DNA from: Candidatus Methanogaster sp.
Lineage (GTDB): Archaea; Halobacteriota; Methanosarcinia; Methanosarcinales; Methanogasteraceae
Direction of reading: 5' to 3'
NCBI GenBank assembly: GCA_013572355.1
Contig: QBUV01000093.1
Span: 1 to 34,874, forward strand
Length of the DNA: 34,874 bases
The position numbers and the translations under genes are program-made. The notes beneath the pieces were generated by a model. It was given only the letters and a program-made list of their open reading frames with translations. It was not told where the DNA came from and did not search any database. This document shows positions 1 to 9,708 of the stretch, in pieces. Position 1 is the stretch's first letter. Each line of letters begins with the position of its first letter.

Positions 1-132
1 ATGTTGACGGGTGGTGCTCGACACGAAGATACTGGAATTCGCCCCGATGGCAGTATCGATGGTGTTATAGTGTGTGAGTTTAAGGGTGGTGTAAGAGGGG
101 TGACATACCCTATTTATCTGTTCGAGAGGTAG
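1..132 (+). CDS. Possible 3' end of a hypothetical protein entering from the left edge
   Basis: Frame 1 is open from base 1 to TAG at 130-132 (...GVIVCEFKGGVRGVTYPIYLFER*), ending 6 nt before the next ATG. No family recognised. Confidence 0.35.
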   Translation: MLTGGARHEDTGIRPDGSIDGVIVCEFKGGVRGVTYPIYLFER

Positions 133-138
133 GAAATA

Positions 139-1128
139 ATGAGAACAACAGTGATGTTTCTGGTGGCATCGCTTGCGATTGTAGCGATTGTAGCGATGTC
201 AGGATGCATCGATGATGCTGCGAACGATGCAGGGAATGCGACTGGCGGTGACGTGAGCAATGAGACGAACACGACACTTGCCAAGGTCGGTGATGAGTTA
301 AGCGGCGGTGATGCCGAAGAGCGTATCGATGAGTCCGAGGCGAAGGTGGGGACGATGCAGGAGTTTGAGCCAGAACCGGAAGTAGAGGCGGCGCCGATAG
401 AACGTAAGGATCCGAATATAACCGTCGAGATGAATGAGACCGTGAACCTGTCCGGACTGAGCGTAACATGTGCGATGGTTAAGAATTACCATTACCACGA
501 GGAAGGTACTGATTGGCGCCCGGAAGTAAGTGTGAGACACATTAAACTATGTGTGGCGGTCACTGTGACCGGCAGCGAAGCGATCGAGACCGGAATGAAG
601 GATTGGTGGATAATGGATGCGCGCGGTAGAAAATACCAGATGATACCGCACACCGACGTAAATCCCATGAAACCGGTGCACAAACTTTCAGATGGTGACA
701 CCATGAACGCATACATCTTATTTGATCTTCCAGGGAATGTGACCGACTTCGTGGCTCAGTATAACCTTAGCAACGTATTTTCGAGCGACGGCGACGTTAT
801 ATCGTGGGTCGTTGGCGATCCAGGTCTACCGGCAGTGTCAGAGCACAGGGACGGGTTCGTGCGATATCCGATAAGGGCAACAGGTAAATACCACTACACG
901 AGCAATCGTACATGGGTCGCTGACAACCTGACTTTTTGTAGTGGTGGTATCGTAGAGTTTGGTGGGGCACCTCTGCACGGACTGGGTACGTGGGAGCTTA
1001 TGGAATCCAATAACTCGTGCAATGCATACAATGTCACATTCGAAGATCGGTTTTACACCGTGAACATTGATGTACTCGGGAGTTGGTCGAGTAACGGATG
1101 TGGCATGGGCAGTTGGAACGAAATATAA
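139..1128 (+). CDS. Predicted lipoprotein with a DUF4352-like (Ig-like) central domain
   Basis: Hydrophobic N-terminus ending in lipobox-like AMSGC, then an acidic linker, then a pattern typical of DUF4352-type domains (W..MDARGRKY...L..GDTMNAYILFDLP). Several N-x-S/T sequons. Confidence 0.6.
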   Translation: MRTTVMFLVASLAIVAIVAMSGCIDDAANDAGNATGGDVSNETNTTLAKVGDELSGGDAEERIDESEAKVGTMQEFEPEPEVEAAPIERKDPNITVEMNETVNLSGLSVTCAMVKNYHYHEEGTDWRPEVSVRHIKLCVAVTVTGSEAIETGMKDWWIMDARGRKYQMIPHTDVNPMKPVHKLSDGDTMNAYILFDLPGNVTDFVAQYNLSNVFSSDGDVISWVVGDPGLPAVSEHRDGFVRYPIRATGKYHYTSNRTWVADNLTFCSGGIVEFGGAPLHGLGTWELMESNNSCNAYNVTFEDRFYTVNIDVLGSWSSNGCGMGSWNEI

Positions 1129-1200
1129 TAGGTGAACGGACAGGGATTTCTGTAAAACTTTGAGACACTACCTGAAAACCCCTGTGTCGTTGTGAGCGTT

Positions 1201-2292
1201 TCACTTACGCACAACAACGGTCACAACATCTTCGTCGCTTAACACGTGCGAAAGGCCCACATGCTGCCCTGCATGTTTTGCCGAGTCCCCCCAGACCTGC
1301 GCATACCGAAACTTTCTCACAAAATCACGGTGGATGGTAGAGCAGACCTCAGCCACGGTCGAACTGCCTTTCATGATCATCGGCTCGTCCATATCAGCCG
1401 GCTGCCCCTGCGGCTTCATATAGATACGTATGAACCCGAATTCGGTATATACCCGCTCCTTTAAGGAATTGGTGTTCACGTCCTCATCCGCAGAGATCAT
1501 GATCGCATTAGGAAGCCGCTCCCTGCACGCTGCTATCGTGCGCGCGTCAGCCAGATCGATCTTGTTTACGACGGTTACACCACGGACATACCTGCGATTT
1601 CCTGTAACCACATCGATCAGTTCGTCAACAGTTATATTCGCCCGTATGATCACATTTGCATTGTGTATTTTGTATTCGGATAGCACCGATTGGACGGTTT
1701 TCTTATCGAGATCGATATCAACAGTACTGTTTACACTGATCCCACCCCTATCCGACTTATAGACCGTGATGCGCGGAGGCGCGGTATTGATCCGAATCCC
1801 TGCATCATACAACTCTTTTACGAGCACATCATACTGCTGCAACTGGAACACATCCACAATTATAAGGACCATATCAGCATTCCGGATCACCGAGATCACC
1901 TCCCTTCCACGCCCGCGCCCGATCGCAGCACCCCGGACAAGCCCCGGGACATCGAGAAACTGCATCTGGGTTCCGCGGTACTCAAGTGTACCGGGAATCA
2001 CATCGAGCGTGGTAAACTCATACGCAGCCACCTCGCTTTTGGCACCGGTGAGGACGTTTAACAAGGTGGATTTCCCGACCGATGGGAAACCGACCATTAC
2101 GATGGTGGCGTGTCCCGACTTCTTTACGGCGTATCCCTCGCCACCCGACTTCGATGCTGCCCGCTTCTGCACCTCGTCCCGCAGTCTTGCGATCTTCGCT
2201 TTCAGTCGCCCTATGTGGTGGGATGTCGCCTTGTTGTACGGCGTCTTTCTGATCTCGTCTTCTATGCTCTTGATATCGTCTTCGATTGTCAT
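1201..2292 (-). CDS. DRG/OBG-family ribosome-associated GTPase with TGS domain
   Basis: N-terminal TPYNKATSHHIGRLKAK, G1 GFPSVGKS, YEFTT, DVPG, NKID, and a C-terminal TGS region (IHRDFVRKFRYAQVWG). Confidence 0.95.
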   Translation of the reverse strand: MTIEDDIKSIEDEIRKTPYNKATSHHIGRLKAKIARLRDEVQKRAASKSGGEGYAVKKSGHATIVMVGFPSVGKSTLLNVLTGAKSEVAAYEFTTLDVIPGTLEYRGTQMQFLDVPGLVRGAAIGRGRGREVISVIRNADMVLIIVDVFQLQQYDVLVKELYDAGIRINTAPPRITVYKSDRGGISVNSTVDIDLDKKTVQSVLSEYKIHNANVIIRANITVDELIDVVTGNRRYVRGVTVVNKIDLADARTIAACRERLPNAIMISADEDVNTNSLKERVYTEFGFIRIYMKPQGQPADMDEPMIMKGSSTVAEVCSTIHRDFVRKFRYAQVWGDSAKHAGQHVGLSHVLSDEDVVTVVVRK

Positions 2293-2407
2293 TTTGTGGG
2301 TGGGTGTACCTGATCGTGGATATGCTTTATAGTATTGGAGTCGGACCGGAAAAATATAGTACCGCGAAACAATCGCCCGGCATCACCGGAGGCGTCATCT
2401 CCGCACC

Positions 2408-3319
2408 TCACGCGCTCATAAACGACGGGGCAATGATCGATTCACGGACCATGGTCGATTCACGGACCAGGTCCTCCCTTGATACGATGCCATACGGATT
2501 TCCGTTGGTGGTCACGACGATGTTTCTTGTGTGGTGCTGATCAAAGAGTTTCGCTACGTCCGGGATCTGGGCATCACCGTCGATGATGATAGGGTCTCTT
2601 GACATGACATCCCTCACCTTCTGATTGGTCAATCCTGATACCAGGGCTTTTGTGATCTGTTCCAGCGTCACAACACCGACAATATTCGTTGAATCAACGC
2701 AAGGAGCGCCACGTATCTGGTGTTTGAGAAGAATCTTCGCAGCATCCTTGATCATGGCATCCATATCGATTGCGACGTTTCCGTTTTGGATACACTCCTT
2801 AACAGCTCGTTTTGGAAGGATTATCAGATCCGAGATCACAAAGATCAGGACGTTTCTTGTATCATCCCTGCCGATCGCCTTTCCCCTGATCACGAGTTTA
2901 TTCTGTGGCGTTGGCCCTATCTTGATGATATCACCGTTGGCAAAATTGCGGATGTCGCCGAGGACCCTGACCCTGCCGTGGCACGTTTCCGGGTGCTGCA
3001 CAGTGGTAAACATGATCTCACAGACGGTTGCACCATCGACCAGTTTTCCATTACGATAAATGTTTGTTATCGTCTTGGCTGGCTGATCGCTGATATCGAG
3101 AATATCATACGTCTGCCCGGTTGGATGATACCCGCCTTTTGGACCTGGCACACCCTCGACGATCCCGAGCATCCGGAGAGCCTGCATCTGATTCCGCACC
3201 GTACCCGGGTTGCGATCGATCACAGCGGCAATCTCCTCTCCTTTCACCGCTCGCCTCTTCTGGTGGAAGAGGTTGATCAGTGTCGTCAATATCTCGGTCT
3301 GGATGGGTGTGAGTTCCAT
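2408..3319 (-). CDS. HTH transcriptional regulator with C-terminal CBS pair (COG2524-like)
   Basis: N-terminal winged HTH (VKGEEIAAVIDRNPGTVRNQMQALR...GVPGPKGGY) and two CBS repeats (IRGAPCVD..IVGVVT; YGIVSREDL). Confidence 0.9.
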   Translation of the reverse strand: MELTPIQTEILTTLINLFHQKRRAVKGEEIAAVIDRNPGTVRNQMQALRMLGIVEGVPGPKGGYHPTGQTYDILDISDQPAKTITNIYRNGKLVDGATVCEIMFTTVQHPETCHGRVRVLGDIRNFANGDIIKIGPTPQNKLVIRGKAIGRDDTRNVLIFVISDLIILPKRAVKECIQNGNVAIDMDAMIKDAAKILLKHQIRGAPCVDSTNIVGVVTLEQITKALVSGLTNQKVRDVMSRDPIIIDGDAQIPDVAKLFDQHHTRNIVVTTNGNPYGIVSREDLVRESTMVRESIIAPSFMSA

Positions 3320-3380
3320 AACTTATTTAAAATCGTAGATTACCCACCATATACCTATCGATTAATAATGAAGAATTGTC

Positions 3381-3782
3381 TCACTTCAGTGATGAGTATG
3401 ATCCAAGAAGGAATAACTCGGCGTCCCGAACTCCCTGCACGGTTTTGGCGAACGTCTGCAGCTCTTCGATCTCGCTGTACTGTTTGAATCTACATATCAC
3501 GAACAACCCGTATTTCCCGGCTGTGGCTTCCCATACTCCAAAAGCCCACTCCTGTTTCCTTAAGAACTCGATTAAATCGTCAACAGCCGATTTCGGGCAC
3601 TCGATTCCGATATACCCGTTGATGCGGTACCCCAGTTCCTCCCAGTTGATTTCGGGGCGATAACCTGTTACAATACCCCGTTCCATGAGCATGCGAACAC
3701 GTAAATTTGCTGTACTTCTCGGAACTTCGACGTATCTGGCAAGTTCGGTCAGCCTGGGACCTACGCCAATGCCCTCAGACAT
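3381..3782 (-). CDS. Lrp/AsnC-family transcriptional regulator (true start probably upstream, see findings)
   Basis: LTELARYVEVPRSTANLRVRMLMERGIVTGYRPEINWEELGY is an HTH-linker, followed by a RAM-like domain (ATAGKYGL). Confidence 0.85.
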   Translation of the reverse strand: MSEGIGVGPRLTELARYVEVPRSTANLRVRMLMERGIVTGYRPEINWEELGYRINGYIGIECPKSAVDDLIEFLRKQEWAFGVWEATAGKYGLFVICRFKQYSEIEELQTFAKTVQGVRDAELFLLGSYSSLK

Positions 3783-4302
3783 TGCTTCAAGAATCTGTTC
3801 ATCCAGTTCATCTACGATAATAGCACATCCATATCAGTTGTTGTGTTGTATTGACATAGTAAATTCTAATCATTCTTTAATGTATTGGTCAGATGGGGCT
3901 ATCAACTTGCTCGAGTGTCCGGATCACTGATTGCCTGACAAACCTTTAGCAAGCATGTTTGGCACGAATAAACAGATAACGTGGACAGACCTCGGTAAAT
4001 CCATGACATTTGTCCGTTTATGGGATTTATAATATGTACCACCATCTAAAATATCATAAAACTGGGTATCGTCTCCCAATGAATTTACAATTTTCTATAA
4101 AATGACCTGGGTCAGATTGCCCCTCCTTAAGCTCGACCGCAACATCAAAGAACATTCCTGTAATTCGTTTCATTCATGTTTTATTTGCAGGTTTTTTTCA
4201 TAAAAAACGAATTTCACAAATCTAAATTGGGTTATTGCGACTCTGATACCACTATAAAAAACAACTCCCAGTTATCCGGACGATCAGGTTATTTCGTTAC
4301 GG

Positions 4303-5733
4303 CTAATTGGAGTCCAGCCTCTCAAGGAGCCCGGTTCTCGCATCTTGCGGATCTGCTCGACCGCGCGTCTTCTTCATCACCTGCCCGACAAGGTAATTAA
4401 GCGCTTTCGCTTCCCCGCGCCTGTAATCAGCGATCGCATCAGTGCATTCGGAAAGTACCTCATCGACAGCAGACGTTACCACGTCTTCTTTCACCTTCGC
4501 AAGTTCCTTTTCAGACACGACCCCACCGGGTGTGCCGCCTTCATCAAGAATCGTCCGTATGACTGTGATTGCGCCCTTTTCAGTGACCACACCGTCCGAA
4601 AACAACCCAAGGATCTTGATCATATCCGCTGTCTTGAATGCGCCGATCTCGAGGTCGCGATAATTGAGTTCCCCTTTCAGCACATCCACGATCCACGAAG
4701 CACTGAGCTTCGGGTCGATTGCGGCGGAAACATCCTCAAAGAACTGCGCGAGTTTTGGCTCGAGCGTTAGCGCGGAGGCATGGTTCTCTGTTATGCTGTA
4801 ATCCTTAAGAAATCGTATACGCTGCGCCTCGGGAAGTTCCGGAATTGTTTCCCTGATCCCAGGCACCCAGTCCATAATCCGCATCGGAACGAGATCGGGC
4901 TCCGGGAAATAGCGATAGTCGTGCTCGGTCTCCTTTGTCCGCATCGAAACAGTGACGCCGCGCAACTCATCGAAGTGCCTCGTCTCCTGCACGACAACCT
5001 CGCCGCGGCGCAGCACATTTCGCTGGCGCACGATCTCGAATGAGAGCGCACGCTCCGCGCCCTTGTACGAAGATATGTTCTTAACCTCGGCACGCTCGCC
5101 GCCGGCAAGCGAGATGTTCGCATCCACACGAATCGCGCCGTCCAGATCCCCATCGAACACATCGAGGTATTCGAGGATGTTTCTGAGTTTATTCAGGAAT
5201 CTTCGTGCCTCTTTCGGGCTTCGGAGGTCTGGCTCTGTCACGATCTCGAGCAGCGGCACGCCGGCACGGTTGTAGTCGACCAACGTGAACTTCGATCGGT
5301 CGATCGTGCCTTCGTGTACCAATCTTCCAGGATCCTCCTCCATGTGGACACGGTTGATCCTGATGCGCCTGACCCCATGCCCCTCATCTCCTTCGATGGC
5401 GAGGTATCCGTTAACCGATATTGGATAATCGTACTGCGTGACCTGAAATCCTTTTGGCAGGTCCGGATAATAGTAATTTTTGCGATAAAACTGTGTCTGT
5501 GGTAGAATCTCGCAATTCATAGCAAGAGCAACCTTTATGGCGCTCTTCACAGCAGATCTGTTCAGTACCGGGAGCGACCCCGGCAGACCGAGGCAGACCG
5601 GGCAGGTGTGGGTGTTTGGTGGCGCGTTGTGGTAATCAAGCCCGCATGAACAGAATAACTTTGAATGAAGTGTATTCAGTTGTACATGAATCTCAAGTCC
5701 GATGATCACGCCATCTTCTGTTCTTGCAGACAT
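4303..5733 (-). CDS. gatB: Asp-tRNA(Asn)/Glu-tRNA(Gln) amidotransferase subunit B
   Basis: IGLEIHVQL, CPVCLGLPGSLP, RKNYYYPDLPKGFQ, HMEEDPG, DYNRAGVPLLEIVTEPD, YRYFPEPDL, LVGQVMK. Confidence 0.97.
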   Translation of the reverse strand: MSARTEDGVIIGLEIHVQLNTLHSKLFCSCGLDYHNAPPNTHTCPVCLGLPGSLPVLNRSAVKSAIKVALAMNCEILPQTQFYRKNYYYPDLPKGFQVTQYDYPISVNGYLAIEGDEGHGVRRIRINRVHMEEDPGRLVHEGTIDRSKFTLVDYNRAGVPLLEIVTEPDLRSPKEARRFLNKLRNILEYLDVFDGDLDGAIRVDANISLAGGERAEVKNISSYKGAERALSFEIVRQRNVLRRGEVVVQETRHFDELRGVTVSMRTKETEHDYRYFPEPDLVPMRIMDWVPGIRETIPELPEAQRIRFLKDYSITENHASALTLEPKLAQFFEDVSAAIDPKLSASWIVDVLKGELNYRDLEIGAFKTADMIKILGLFSDGVVTEKGAITVIRTILDEGGTPGGVVSEKELAKVKEDVVTSAVDEVLSECTDAIADYRRGEAKALNYLVGQVMKKTRGRADPQDARTGLLERLDSN

Positions 5734-5993
5734 TTCTGATGGGTGGGTGTGCAGATTAAATTAAACTTTCGGCTATTCGCTTCGGGACAAAAAATAAAAC
5801 CCAAATCCGGAAGGGATACTCATCCGGGCGAGCATCATATAGAAGGCAGGAATACGAAATTCCACAAATGCGCATCAGGTGATAGCGTAATCTTGCAATC
5901 CACAATCGAATGGCTGCGCTTCTGCAAAAGTCCGGTGATCCGCCGAACAAGCCGAACATATACATTATAAGTATTGCGATGGAAACTTCCATC

Positions 5994-6110
5994 ATGCATC
6001 CCGAAGTCTCGGTGATCGTTCCGGCTCTCAATGAGGTGAGATATCTTAAACGAACGCTTGCATCGATCGCAAACCAGAACACAACGGACGCGCCATGGAT
6101 GGCAGCATGA
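5994..6110 (+). pseudogene. N-terminal remnant of a family-2 glycosyltransferase
   Basis: MHPEVSVIVPALNEVRYLKRTLASIANQ is the canonical GT2 start, but it stops after 38 codons and no continuation is found before pcm. Confidence 0.7.
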
Positions 6111-6168
6111 TCGATAAAATGAGTAAGAAACTCGGAATTGCGGATTTGCGTGATTATGTGGGGATACG

Positions 6169-6840
6169 ATGACAGATACGATACGGTTGGCGGATGCCAA
6201 TTTTGAACGCTTGCGTGCACGGTTGGTCAGCCAACTGAGGCGGCAGATCGGCGGCGGTCACATCAGTGAGCAGGTGCTTGCTGCGATGCGAAACGTGCCC
6301 AGACACCTCTTCGTGCGTGAGAGCGATATATCGAATGCTTACGAGGATTACCCGCTCTCGATCGGGCACGGTCAGACGATCTCCGCGCCGCATATGGTCG
6401 GGATTATGTGCTCACTGCTCGGGATCGAGAAGGGAATGAAGATCCTCGAAATCGGCGGCGGTTCGGGGTACCATGCAGCAGTTCTTGCGGAACTTACTGG
6501 TCCTGGCGGCACGGTATACTCTATCGAACGAATTACTGAGCTTGCGGAGTTTGCACGGCAGAATCTAACAGATGCCGGCTACAAAAACGTCGTCGTCACC
6601 GCAGGCGACGGCACGCTCGGGCTTTCCGAACATGCGCCTTATGACTGCATCACGGTGGCGTGCGCTGCTCCTGCGGTCCCGCAGCCGCTCGTTGACCAGT
6701 TGAAACGGGGCGGCAGGATGACGATCCCGATCGGCAAATACACGCAGGAACTGTATTTGGTTCATAAAAACGACGTGATATCGAAGGAGAAGAGTGGGGG
6801 GGTCGTGTTCGTGCCCCTGATCGGAGAATATGGGTTCTAA
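6169..6840 (+). CDS. pcm: Protein-L-isoaspartate O-methyltransferase
   Basis: VPRHLFV, GQTISAPHMV, LEIGGGSGYHAA, GDGTLG...APYD, VFVPLIG. Confidence 0.96.
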   Translation: MTDTIRLADANFERLRARLVSQLRRQIGGGHISEQVLAAMRNVPRHLFVRESDISNAYEDYPLSIGHGQTISAPHMVGIMCSLLGIEKGMKILEIGGGSGYHAAVLAELTGPGGTVYSIERITELAEFARQNLTDAGYKNVVVTAGDGTLGLSEHAPYDCITVACAAPAVPQPLVDQLKRGGRMTIPIGKYTQELYLVHKNDVISKEKSGGVVFVPLIGEYGF

Positions 6841-6841
6841 C

Positions 6842-8158
6842 ATGATTGAACGATTAAAGATACGGGACGCAACGGAATCGATCCTTGCCCACGATGGGGT
6901 GCGGGTCATCTCGCACCACGACGCGGACGGAATAACAGCGGCAGGCATCATCTGCCATGCCCTGTACAGGCTCGGGAAACGCTTCCATGCAACCATCATC
7001 AGCCAGCTCGATCGCGGGTTTGCAGACCGGCTGAATGCGGATCATCATGAGGGGATGCTGACAGTCTTCTGCGATATGGGAAGCGGGCATCCCGATGTCA
7101 TAAATGCGGTCACAGGCGACGTTCTCGTGATCGATCACCACACACCGACCGGCGATCTGGCGTGCCCGCATGTGAACCCGCATCTGGTAGGGATCGATGG
7201 CGCATTTGAGCTCTCTGCTTCCGGTGCGGTCTATGCGGTTGCGAAAGGGATCAGTAGCGAGAATGTCGACCTATCAGGACTTGCCATAGCAGGCGCGATC
7301 GGGGACAAGCAACTGATGATCGGTGCGAACGCAGACATCCTTGCAGATGGCGTGCAGAACAGGATCGTATCTGTGAAGAAAGGGATTCGGATCGGGGATG
7401 GGGACGTTTCCGACATTCTCGAACGGAACATCGACATCTATCTCGATATCACTGGCGATGCTGCGAAGGTAAGCGAGTTTCTCGGCGAAGTGGGCGTGAG
7501 CGGCAGCGGCAGATTAAGCGAACTTGTCGAACCGCAGCTCCGAAAACTTGGAACAGCGCTTGCACTGAAGTTGCTGCGTAGGAGCAGTCCTGATGTCATC
7601 GAAAATCTCCTCGGTGATGTGTATACGCTTCGCTGCGAGGTGATCCCGAACGCCGATGACTTCGTATCATGCTTACATGCGTGCGCACGGTTAAATGACA
7701 CGGCTCTTGCGCTCTCGCTCTGCCTTCGGGATCCGGCAGGTGTTTCCCATGCCAGAAGAGCGGTTGTCGATTACCAGCGCACCCTTGTCCGCGAGATGAA
7801 GGCAGCCGAGTCATCCATCCTGCACGGGGACCACATCAAGTACCTGATGCTTGATGATGCGGAGGGCACAGGTATCATCGCAAGCACGGTCACCGGATTT
7901 CTGTACCCGGACCAGCCATGCATCGTCCTTAACCATAGCGATGGCAAGATCAAGATATCTGCCAGAGGCACGAAGCACCTGGTCGCAAGCGGGCTTGACC
8001 TTGCGGAGGTGTTGCGGATCGCTTCTGAGTCTGTGGGCGGCAGGGGTGGCGGGCACAGCATCGCTTCTGGCGCTGCAATCCCAAAGGACGCTGCAGATGC
8101 GTTTATATCGACCGCGGACTCGCTTGTTGGTGCGCAACTTGGTGGTGAACCACAATGA
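6842..8158 (+). CDS. DHH/DHHA1 phosphoesterase (archaeal RecJ-like)
   Basis: SHHDADGITAA, FCDMGSG, VIDHH, GAIGD, KISARG, GGGH. Start placed at ATG 6842 just after the pcm stop (the ORF track start at 6830 is in the same frame). Confidence 0.88.
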   Translation: MIERLKIRDATESILAHDGVRVISHHDADGITAAGIICHALYRLGKRFHATIISQLDRGFADRLNADHHEGMLTVFCDMGSGHPDVINAVTGDVLVIDHHTPTGDLACPHVNPHLVGIDGAFELSASGAVYAVAKGISSENVDLSGLAIAGAIGDKQLMIGANADILADGVQNRIVSVKKGIRIGDGDVSDILERNIDIYLDITGDAAKVSEFLGEVGVSGSGRLSELVEPQLRKLGTALALKLLRRSSPDVIENLLGDVYTLRCEVIPNADDFVSCLHACARLNDTALALSLCLRDPAGVSHARRAVVDYQRTLVREMKAAESSILHGDHIKYLMLDDAEGTGIIASTVTGFLYPDQPCIVLNHSDGKIKISARGTKHLVASGLDLAEVLRIASESVGGRGGGHSIASGAAIPKDAADAFISTADSLVGAQLGGEPQ

Positions 8159-8679
8159 TCCTATCAAAGAATGAAATTAACGAACTTATGAAGCTTGATC
8201 CTCCGCTCGTTGAGGATATGATCGATCCTGATACCCAGATACAGGTGAACGGCTGCGAACTCACAGTCGATCGCATCTTTGCGTTTGCGGGCACAGGTAC
8301 CAGCACAAGCGCTGGCGCAATCGCCTTCGAGAACAGCGAACGGGTGCTCTCGGAATGCACCGAACTCACATTCGATGACGACGGCTGGATCGATCTTCCT
8401 GCTGGCAGTTACAAGATCGTTTCCAGGGAGGTCGTACACATCCCAAAGGATGCGATTGCGATCGCAAGACCGAGATCGAGCCTCTTACGATGCGCAGTGA
8501 GCGTCGAGACCGCGGTCTGGGATGCCGGCTACGAGGGAAAGAGCGAGTGCCTGCTCATCGTGTTTAATGAGGCAGGATTCAGACTGAAGCGCGGTGCGCG
8601 TGTCGTGCAACTGCTGTTTATGGGGCTTGCGAGCGGGACTGAGGGGTATGATGGTGTGTATCAGGGGTATCTGGGGTGA
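8155..8679 (+). CDS. dut: Archaeal dUTPase (dCTP deaminase/dUTPase family)
   Basis: QIQVNGCELT, RPRSSLLR, AVWDAGYEG, YDGVYQG. ATGA overlap with the DHH gene. Confidence 0.85.
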   Translation: MILSKNEINELMKLDPPLVEDMIDPDTQIQVNGCELTVDRIFAFAGTGTSTSAGAIAFENSERVLSECTELTFDDDGWIDLPAGSYKIVSREVVHIPKDAIAIARPRSSLLRCAVSVETAVWDAGYEGKSECLLIVFNEAGFRLKRGARVVQLLFMGLASGTEGYDGVYQGYLG

Positions 8680-8728
8680 CCACCCACCCCCGATATGACT
8701 AAATATCCATGAGACAATCAGGACCCTG

Positions 8729-9271
8729 ATGATCATCACGATAAGTGGACTGCCCGGAAGCGGAACCAGCACGGTATCCGCGATCCTGTCGAGACGCATC
8801 GGTGTCGAGGTCGTCTCGGCAGGGGACATCTTCCGGAAGATGGCAAAAGAGAGGGGGCTGACGCTTGAGGAGTTCGGAGCATCCGCTTCAGATAGTGAGG
8901 AGATCGACCGGGAGATCGACCGGTTCCAGAAGGAGATCGCAGCGGATGCAAGGGACGGGGGCAAGGATGTGATTCTCGAGGGCAGGCTCTCGGCGTGGAT
9001 GGCAGAGCCCGATCTCGCTGTATTCGTGACAGCACCGCAGGACGTTCGGGCAGCGCGGGTTTCGCATCGCGAGGGGACCTCACTTTCTGATGCGGCTACA
9101 CAGATCCGGGAGCGGGAGTCATGCGAAGCAGCGCGGTATGAGAGATATTACGGCATCGATGTCGATGATTCGAGGGTGTATGACCTCGTGATCAACTCAG
9201 GAAACTGGGATCAGCATGGAGTTGCCAGAATCGTTGCGGCGGCTGTGGATGCACACCAAACGCATAAGTAG
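8729..9271 (+). CDS. cmk: Cytidylate kinase (archaeal type)
   Basis: MIITISGLPGSGTST P-loop, SAGDIFR, ILEGRLSAW, RYERYYGID, YDLVINS. Confidence 0.92.
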   Translation: MIITISGLPGSGTSTVSAILSRRIGVEVVSAGDIFRKMAKERGLTLEEFGASASDSEEIDREIDRFQKEIAADARDGGKDVILEGRLSAWMAEPDLAVFVTAPQDVRAARVSHREGTSLSDAATQIRERESCEAARYERYYGIDVDDSRVYDLVINSGNWDQHGVARIVAAAVDAHQTHK

Positions 9272-9327
9272 AGTGACACACCAGTCTTTTTAATAAAACC
9301 ACAGTTCAAAAAAAAGAGTTGAAATGA

Positions 9328-9708
9328 ATGGACATCGATCTAAATAAAGCACTGAGAAAAACAATCAGATCCGGCAAGGTTCTCATCGGATCAAACGTAA
9401 GCAGGGACGCCGTAAAAAATAACAGCGATACGACGGTTGTGCTTGCTGCGAACTGCCCTGCCCATGTGAGGGCAGAGATACAGGATTCCAAGACCGCGAT
9501 TATAGAATACCCTGGAATGGGCATCGACCTTGGCATTGCGTGCGGGAAGCCGTTTAACATTGCTGCGCTGACCATCCTCGATCCAGGGGATTCAGGGATC
9601 ATGGCGATATTCGAACCCGAAAAGACACAGGAAACTTCTGAAACTCTCGAGACGTTGGAAATGTTGGAGCTCTCAGAATCGGTAGAGGCACTAGCCGGGA
9701 TCGAGTGA
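9328..9708 (+). CDS. rpl30e: 50S ribosomal protein L30e with an acidic C-terminal extension
   Basis: TIRSGKVLIGS, VLAANCP, DLGIACGKPF, ILDPGDS. Lies directly upstream of nusA-rps12-rps7. Confidence 0.93.
   Translation: MDIDLNKALRKTIRSGKVLIGSNVSRDAVKNNSDTTVVLAANCPAHVRAEIQDSKTAIIEYPGMGIDLGIACGKPFNIAALTILDPGDSGIMAIFEPEKTQETSETLETLEMLELSESVEALAGIE

Noticed and set aside
3840..4302. Long AT-rich intergenic region with small palindromes (e.g. TGACC-TG-GGTCA at 4103-4114)
   Set aside because: No repeated motif, credible ORF or convincing fold. Probably the Lrp regulatory region, but no sites can be supported.
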